The notes beneath the pieces were generated by a model. The model was not told where the DNA came from. It saw only the letters and a program-made list of their open reading frames with translations, and ran no database searches. 64,000 bases of DNA from Elusimicrobiota bacterium (GTDB lineage: Bacteria > Elusimicrobiota > Endomicrobiia > CG1-02-37-114 > JAHJSO01). The stretch lies in contig JBDRQF010000011.1 of NCBI GenBank assembly GCA_043826435.1, forward strand, positions 1-64,000, read 5' to 3'. The first letter of the stretch is position 1. Each line of letters starts with the position of its first letter. Shown here piece after piece: positions 58,974 through 64,000 of this stretch. Both the position numbers and the translations under genes were made by a program.

Positions 58974-59667
58974 TGCCTTTGGACCCAATATCGGTCAAAA
59001 CAAAAATAAACTGGTACCCGAAAAGTGTCGGGCAAAGAGAATAAATTTTTTTAAGAAATTTCCAGCCACCAGGTATTCTTAAAAATACTCCATGAAACCT
59101 TGGAATACCTTTATCGGGGTCAATAGATAAGTGTTCTATTTTTAGCCCAGATGACTCAATCATTTCTTTTGCTGTCTTCAAAGTAAAAAATCTCAGATGT
59201 GTATTGTCCAGAATCCCATAGTCCTCATAATCAAATTTGCCAAAAAGCAACCGTACTCTAATTGAGAAGTGAGCAATATTTGGCAGTGTGATTATTACAC
59301 GCCCCGCGGGAGCCAGAAATTTTTTTATTTTTTGCAGCACTCCCAGAGGGTTTACTAAGTGTTCCAATACATTCATACACAGGATAAAATCAAATTTCCG
59401 GTCTATTTGCTGAAGTATTTGTTCATTTTCAATGTTTCCCACCAGTATTTTCTGATAATATGGCTTTGCCATTTCTGCCGAGTCAGGGTCAATTTCAACT
59501 CCCCAAGACTCGCAGTTCACTTTTTCTTTCAGGTATTTTCCGATATAACCGGTGGCACACCCGATTTCAAGTACTTTGGAATTTGGTTTGACTAATTTTA
59601 CTACCTGATAGTCAGTCCACAACGGACAGATTTTATCTATATCATAATTTTGGCGATGGTATTTCAT
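58966..59667 (-). CDS. Class I SAM-dependent methyltransferase
   Basis: VLEIGCATG, VLEHL, LPNIAH and GILDNTHLRFFT motifs. Confidence 0.9.
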   Translation of the reverse strand: MKYHRQNYDIDKICPLWTDYQVVKLVKPNSKVLEIGCATGYIGKYLKEKVNCESWGVEIDPDSAEMAKPYYQKILVGNIENEQILQQIDRKFDFILCMNVLEHLVNPLGVLQKIKKFLAPAGRVIITLPNIAHFSIRVRLLFGKFDYEDYGILDNTHLRFFTLKTAKEMIESSGLKIEHLSIDPDKGIPRFHGVFLRIPGGWKFLKKIYSLCPTLFGYQFIFVLTDIGSKGNA

Positions 59668-59984
59668 TGTTTTGTTTCTAATGCTTCGTCTATTTTACTA
59701 ATCAAGTATTCAAAATTCTTATCAGAGTAATATTTCCGCATTCCTGCTTCAAGAATTGAACCAAGTGCGACCCTATAGTCGGTTATCTTGAATGATTTTA
59801 TTATATTTTTTATCCTGATTAAATTTTCTTTTTTTGTATTCAGGGGTATCCCCCGCCTCAATAAAAATTCTATATCAAAACAATCTCTGACCTCACCCCT
59901 GTTTAAGAATGTCTCTATTTTGTTTTTCATCATTTGTTCAAGTGTTGCACTTCCTTATTGAACTTGGGAGTTTAAATAAGTCAT
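59664..59984 (-). pseudogene. Remnant of an AbiEii/AbiGii-like nucleotidyltransferase toxin (C-terminal part)
   Basis: TLEQMMKNKIETFLNRGEVRDCFDIEFL resembles the AbiEii K...R...RD..D motif; upstream in-frame ATG at 59984 (MTYLNSQVQ) is cut by TAA; N-terminal catalytic domain absent. Confidence 0.65.
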
Positions 59985-59999
59985 TTTATCAATGTTTGT

Positions 60000-60050
60000 T
60001 AGTTAACAATTTTGTTAACTAGTTATACTTAATAATTTTTTAATTGTCAA
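60000..60050 (-). promoter_or_regulatory. sigma70 promoter with palindromic operator
   Basis: TTGACA(60050-45)-17 nt-TATAAC(60027-22), followed directly by a perfect 10-bp inverted repeat TAGTTAACAA-N2-TTGTTAACTA (60000-60021). Confidence 0.8.
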
Positions 60051-60090
60051 TACCCTTTTGAGATAATGTCGTAATTTTGGCGATGGTATT

Positions 60091-60999
60091 TCATCGTTTA
60101 ACCGTCCTCAGAATTTCTTCTGCCCGGTGGTCATAGGTGTGTTTTAAAACAACTTCTCTATGTCCTGTCAGAGCAATCTCCTCTCGTTCTGTTTCGTGTT
60201 TCAGGTAATAGTCAATTTTTTCCAACAGGTCATTCCCATTATCATATAAAACCAGATGTTTTTTATCTTGGAAAAGTTCTTCCAGTCCTGCTTCCAGTTT
60301 TAACCGGTCAGTGATAAGTAAACTTCCACAAGAAAGCGCTTCGAAAACACGCATATTCAAATCACCCCTTATACTTTTATTGAAAACTATCTTTGCTTGA
60401 CTATATATTTTAGCCATATCTTCACCGAATATTCCTGGAAATACTTGGATATTAAATTTCTGACCAATCAATTTTAACAATGTAACTCTCTCTGGATAAA
60501 CCATAGGATTGGTGTTACCTACAAATACAACATCATAAATTTTGGGCAATTCATATTTTCTATGTATTTCGTGGTCACATGCAACTGGCAACCATTGACT
60601 ACTATTCCCAAATTTGCACATATAGTTTTTATGGCAGGAGAAAACATAAGAAAAATCGTTTTTTAAATAGGTGTGAAATTTTATTTTATCTGGTTCATGG
60701 GTATCTAATGACCATAATATCGCAGGGATACTAAGTTTGTTGAATCCTATTAGATGATATTGGCCAGCGGAATCAACTTCAACAATAATGTCAAACGATT
60801 TTTTCATTTTTTTTATCACCGATTGAACATAAACAGGAAGACCTTTAGGAATAAAAAATGGTAGATGGTTGTATAAATTAGTCCAGTATGGCGTTTTACC
60901 CAAATCAAAACTTTCCACAAAATGTTTTTTTCTTAATGCTTTTTCTAAATACATTCCAGTTGTCCAGGGAATTTTATTATATGCCAGAAATATGTTCAT
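60091..60999 (-). CDS. CgeB/YkvP-like glycosyltransferase
   Basis: WLPVACD, YDVVFVG, YSQAKIVFN, DLNMRVFEALSCG and HTYDHRA motifs. Confidence 0.87.
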   Translation of the reverse strand: MNIFLAYNKIPWTTGMYLEKALRKKHFVESFDLGKTPYWTNLYNHLPFFIPKGLPVYVQSVIKKMKKSFDIIVEVDSAGQYHLIGFNKLSIPAILWSLDTHEPDKIKFHTYLKNDFSYVFSCHKNYMCKFGNSSQWLPVACDHEIHRKYELPKIYDVVFVGNTNPMVYPERVTLLKLIGQKFNIQVFPGIFGEDMAKIYSQAKIVFNKSIRGDLNMRVFEALSCGSLLITDRLKLEAGLEELFQDKKHLVLYDNGNDLLEKIDYYLKHETEREEIALTGHREVVLKHTYDHRAEEILRTVKR

Positions 61000-62594
61000 T
61001 TTTTTATTAAATCTGCTCTTTGTTTACAGTTTTGGTATTCAACAATTTCCCTGATTTTGTCTTCAACACATTCATATCTTAATTTTGTATCCGATAAAAC
61101 TTCAGCCAAAAAAAGTTTATTTTTTTCTGCAAGTTTCAAGTAATTATGCAAGGTTAAACTTCTTAGTTGTCTATGAAATTCTGTATGCAATCTTTCTAAA
61201 TCTAAAATACTAAAACTTTCAGTTCCAATCAGTGAGGTGCCAGATATGAGTGACCTATAATTTTCGTTTTCAAGTGAAACTTGCAGATAATTTTTTTCTT
61301 TACATATTTGATATAACTTTGTTCCAACATATGGCATAGCAATATGAATATAAGGATAAACACCATATTTTTCAAGCATCTCTAAAGTAAAATCTATAGT
61401 TTGTTTAATATTGTCAATGGTTTCTCCAGGAAATCCAAAAACATAGAATGCTCGTAGGTCTATACCTAAATCTTGACACCATTGAGCACACTGAATAACT
61501 TTTTTCAAATCCAGTCGTTTGTGTATTATTTTATCAAGTACACCTTGATTGCCTGATTCAACTCCTATAATAAGATATGTACATTTAGATTTTTTTATTT
61601 TCTTCAAAATTTCTAAACTAAGACCGTCGGCTCGCAATCCATTTGGTGTATCCCAGGTAATCCCTGAGTTAAGATGAATTATGCCGTCAACTATTTTCTC
61701 AAATCTTTTAATGTCAATATTGATAGTGTCATCCTCAAAGTGTATGTGTTTTACGTCGTACTCTTCGGTAACAAATTTGATATAATTTAAGACATACTTT
61801 GCAGAATGAGGTCTCCATTTTCTGCCCATATGTAAATGCACAGAACAAAAAATACAATTATAAGGACAACCTCGACTTGTAATCATTGGAATACATCTTT
61901 CCGAACCAGGATAATTATATCTGCCTCTTATTTCAAATCCAAGTTCTTGTGCTTTGAAATATTTCTCCAACCGGATGAGATGATATGCAGGATAAGGTAA
62001 ATCGTCTAAGTTTGAAATTGGTTCACGGATTCCGTTATTTATGATTTTACCGTCCATACTACGATAAGTAATTCCTTTAATTTTTTGCAAAGATTTTTTA
62101 CCATTATAGGCATCAATTATATCTAATATAACATATTCTCCTTCTCGCATAACAACAATATCAATAGCGTTTGATAACTTCAAAAAAGATTCCGGGCAAA
62201 CAGAAGCATGTGGTCCACCAACTATAGTTAGGATATTTTTATTGGCTGATTTCACAACTTCTGCTACTCTTACAGCATTAAATATTTGTGCACTAAATTG
62301 ATTGGTAATGCCAACAACATCGGGGTTTTTATGTTGAATAACTTTTTTTAATTCAGTTATCCAATGTTTCTCTACAAATTCTTTATTTGCGTATGTATTT
62401 AATAATTTATGGTCAGCAAAATCTACTCTTGCATCAAAAACTTCTACTTGATAACCATTTTTTTCCAACACACCGGCTATGTAAAGAATCCCTAACGGTA
62501 AATCCAATTGAAATCCTCGTAAATTTTCACCATAACTTGAAGGCGGTCTGACAAGAAGTATTTTCTTCATATATCCATTTATCTTTTTTCGCAA
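60996..62594 (-). CDS. B12-binding radical SAM enzyme
   Basis: PLGILYIAG, GGPHAS, EGE, TSRGCPYNCIFC, GVESG and GFPGET motifs; start is TTG 62594 (GAGG RBS) or ATG 62570. Confidence 0.92.
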   Translation of the reverse strand: MRKKINGYMKKILLVRPPSSYGENLRGFQLDLPLGILYIAGVLEKNGYQVEVFDARVDFADHKLLNTYANKEFVEKHWITELKKVIQHKNPDVVGITNQFSAQIFNAVRVAEVVKSANKNILTIVGGPHASVCPESFLKLSNAIDIVVMREGEYVILDIIDAYNGKKSLQKIKGITYRSMDGKIINNGIREPISNLDDLPYPAYHLIRLEKYFKAQELGFEIRGRYNYPGSERCIPMITSRGCPYNCIFCSVHLHMGRKWRPHSAKYVLNYIKFVTEEYDVKHIHFEDDTINIDIKRFEKIVDGIIHLNSGITWDTPNGLRADGLSLEILKKIKKSKCTYLIIGVESGNQGVLDKIIHKRLDLKKVIQCAQWCQDLGIDLRAFYVFGFPGETIDNIKQTIDFTLEMLEKYGVYPYIHIAMPYVGTKLYQICKEKNYLQVSLENENYRSLISGTSLIGTESFSILDLERLHTEFHRQLRSLTLHNYLKLAEKNKLFLAEVLSDTKLRYECVEDKIREIVEYQNCKQRADLIKK

Positions 62595-62629
62595 AAAATT
62601 ACCTCGTTAATCTATTTTGTCAGGGTGGT

Positions 62630-63382
62630 TTAATCCTGATCACAACCTTGTTTAGAAGCAACTGTAATAAAAACACTTCCGTACATGAAAGAAATTGCTC
62701 GTTTATCAATTAAAGCAATAAACCTTTTTACAAAATCCTTAATTTTATTACCAGTAAGAGGAATTTTAGGAACTAATTTGCAAAATTCTACTTTAAGCCC
62801 ACTTTCAGTAAGAATTCCTTTCATCTTTTCCTCATCAAACGATGCTAAATGTTCTGAAGGAGGAAAAACAGCATAACAATCCGGACAGACAACTTTTTGA
62901 ATATTTTCTTTATAGGGAACAGTAATTATAACTTTCCCCAACGGCTTTAGAACTCTTTTTATTTCTTTAAGCCCTTTTTCAAGAGTGTCCGGCAAAAGAT
63001 GTTCTAATACCTCAGTCACAAACACATAATCAAAAAAACATGTCACAAGCGGCAAATTTGTTATACTCCCCTCTTTAAGAATAATATTTTTATTTAAAGA
63101 ACTAAATTTTTCTTTTAGACTTTTTATATTTTGGCGAGAAACATCACATCCATAGACTTCAAATCCTATATTATAAAGTTCATCCATAAGTGTCCCTATT
63201 CCACATCCTATATCAAGGGCCTTTCCAGGCAACCTAAAAAACTTTTTTACATTTTTAATAACACATTTATAAAAATCTGCTGGCAAAAACATACCTTCAG
63301 AGAGTTCCGGCAATGTTTCATACATTTCCCATAAACTTTTTATTTTTTCTTCGGCCCATTCTACTTCGTGAATTTTTTTCAT
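62630..63382 (-). CDS. Class I SAM-dependent methyltransferase
   Basis: LDIGCGIG, EVLEHL, RVLKPLG and a CPDC...H insert. Confidence 0.9.
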   Translation of the reverse strand: MKKIHEVEWAEEKIKSLWEMYETLPELSEGMFLPADFYKCVIKNVKKFFRLPGKALDIGCGIGTLMDELYNIGFEVYGCDVSRQNIKSLKEKFSSLNKNIILKEGSITNLPLVTCFFDYVFVTEVLEHLLPDTLEKGLKEIKRVLKPLGKVIITVPYKENIQKVVCPDCYAVFPPSEHLASFDEEKMKGILTESGLKVEFCKLVPKIPLTGNKIKDFVKRFIALIDKRAISFMYGSVFITVASKQGCDQD

Positions 63383-63409
63383 TTACCGGAGGCCCCCTTA
63401 ACTATCTTT

Positions 63410-63550
63410 TTAAAACTTTATGAGATGCCTGTTTTCAAGGACGGCTGCGAGATATAACAGCCCGAGCGGAGGCAGGTAAGAGCCGACTTTTGTAAGCCCA
63501 CCGTACCTCTCTTCCCCTAACATAGGCGGAAAAACCAGAAGTATTTTCAT
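63410..63550 (-). pseudogene. Truncated 5' end of a B12-binding radical SAM gene
   Basis: Manual translation MKILLVFPPMLGEERYGGLTKVGSYLPPLGLLYLAAVLENRHLIKF-stop (46 aa) matches the N-terminus of the B12-rSAM paralogs; not in the ORF track. Confidence 0.85.
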
Positions 63551-63554
63551 GGCG

Positions 63555-64000
63555 TTATTTGTTTTTGAAGTAAGATTTATACCAGGCGATTGTTTTTTTG
63601 AGACCTTCTTTTAATGAATATTTTGCCTTCCAGCCCAGCGCCCTCCTTGCTTTTTCAGATGACAGGTATTGTGCATGTATTTCTGTAAATGGCTTGTCTT
63701 TGCCAAGTATTCTTGGCCTGAGTGTTGACCTGCGATGGAGAGAAATCAGCATTTTAACCAGGTCTAATGCCGTTATTGGTGTTTCACAACTGAAGTTGAA
63801 TGCATCGCCCCTGACTTCCGGTTTTTTGACAACTTTTTCCGCCAGGGTTAAATATGCCGAGACAGCATCTTCAATATAAAAATAGTCCCGCACAGGAGTT
63901 CCGTCAGAGCGGATGATTGGCGCCTCATTGTGAATTAAAGAACGGATAGTGCCGGGGATTATTCTTGACCAGTGAAAATCGCCGGGTCCATATAGATTGC
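63555..64000 (-). CDS. NDP-sugar epimerase/4,6-dehydratase, 3' part (continues beyond window)
   Basis: Frame open to the window edge: NLYGPGDFHWSRIIPGTIRS...SDGTPVRDYFYIEDAV...LGWKAKYSLKEGL. Confidence 0.88.
   Translation of the reverse strand, partial: NLYGPGDFHWSRIIPGTIRSLIHNEAPIIRSDGTPVRDYFYIEDAVSAYLTLAEKVVKKPEVRGDAFNFSCETPITALDLVKMLISLHRRSTLRPRILGKDKPFTEIHAQYLSSEKARRALGWKAKYSLKEGLKKTIAWYKSYFKNK

Larger units (their letters stand above)
59645..60094. repeat. 23-bp direct repeat TAATTTTGGCGATGGTATTTCAT flanking a 0.4-kb insert (duplicated gene start)
   Basis: Exact copies at 59645-59667 and 60072-60094; both begin a reading frame MKYHRQNYDI. Confidence 0.9.

Noticed and set aside
188..63879. 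Numerous plus-strand ORFs in the track
   Set aside because: Essentially all are antisense shadows of well-supported minus-strand genes and show no recognisable motifs.

Overview
All credible genes in this bacterial window lie on the minus strand, and no tRNA, rRNA, CRISPR array or transposase is seen. The left part (1-18.6 kb) is housekeeping of an apparently anaerobic organism: fhs, a TlpA/CcdA redox pair, a ZIP transporter, nth, panE, an acyl-CoA dehydrogenase-EtfB-(ferredoxin)EtfA module, the yceD-rpmF-plsX-fabH-fabD-fabG-acpP-fabF-rnc cluster, ackA, ndk and an isocitrate/isopropylmalate dehydrogenase. The right part (18.6-64 kb, continuing past the window edge) is one very large, mosaic surface-glycan locus. 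It encodes about seven ArnT/PMT-like (GT-C type) membrane proteins, four polyprenyl-phosphate-sugar synthase-like GT2s, several GT4/GT2/CgeB-like enzymes, a WecA/TagO initiator and three DegT aminotransferases. It also encodes three B12-radical SAM enzymes plus one SPASM-type radical SAM, an E1-alpha/beta thiamine enzyme pair without E2/E3, a reversed-order HldE-like protein, AsnB, methyltransferases and a tandem pair of unknown membrane proteins. Non-coding structure includes a recurring GTCATTGCGAG...GCAATGAC palindromic repeat family and several sigma70-like promoters. There is also an AbiEii-like toxin remnant bracketed by a duplicated gene start, and a truncated B12-radical SAM gene marking the edge of an AT-rich cassette. 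All functional calls come from motif recognition by eye; no database searches were run.
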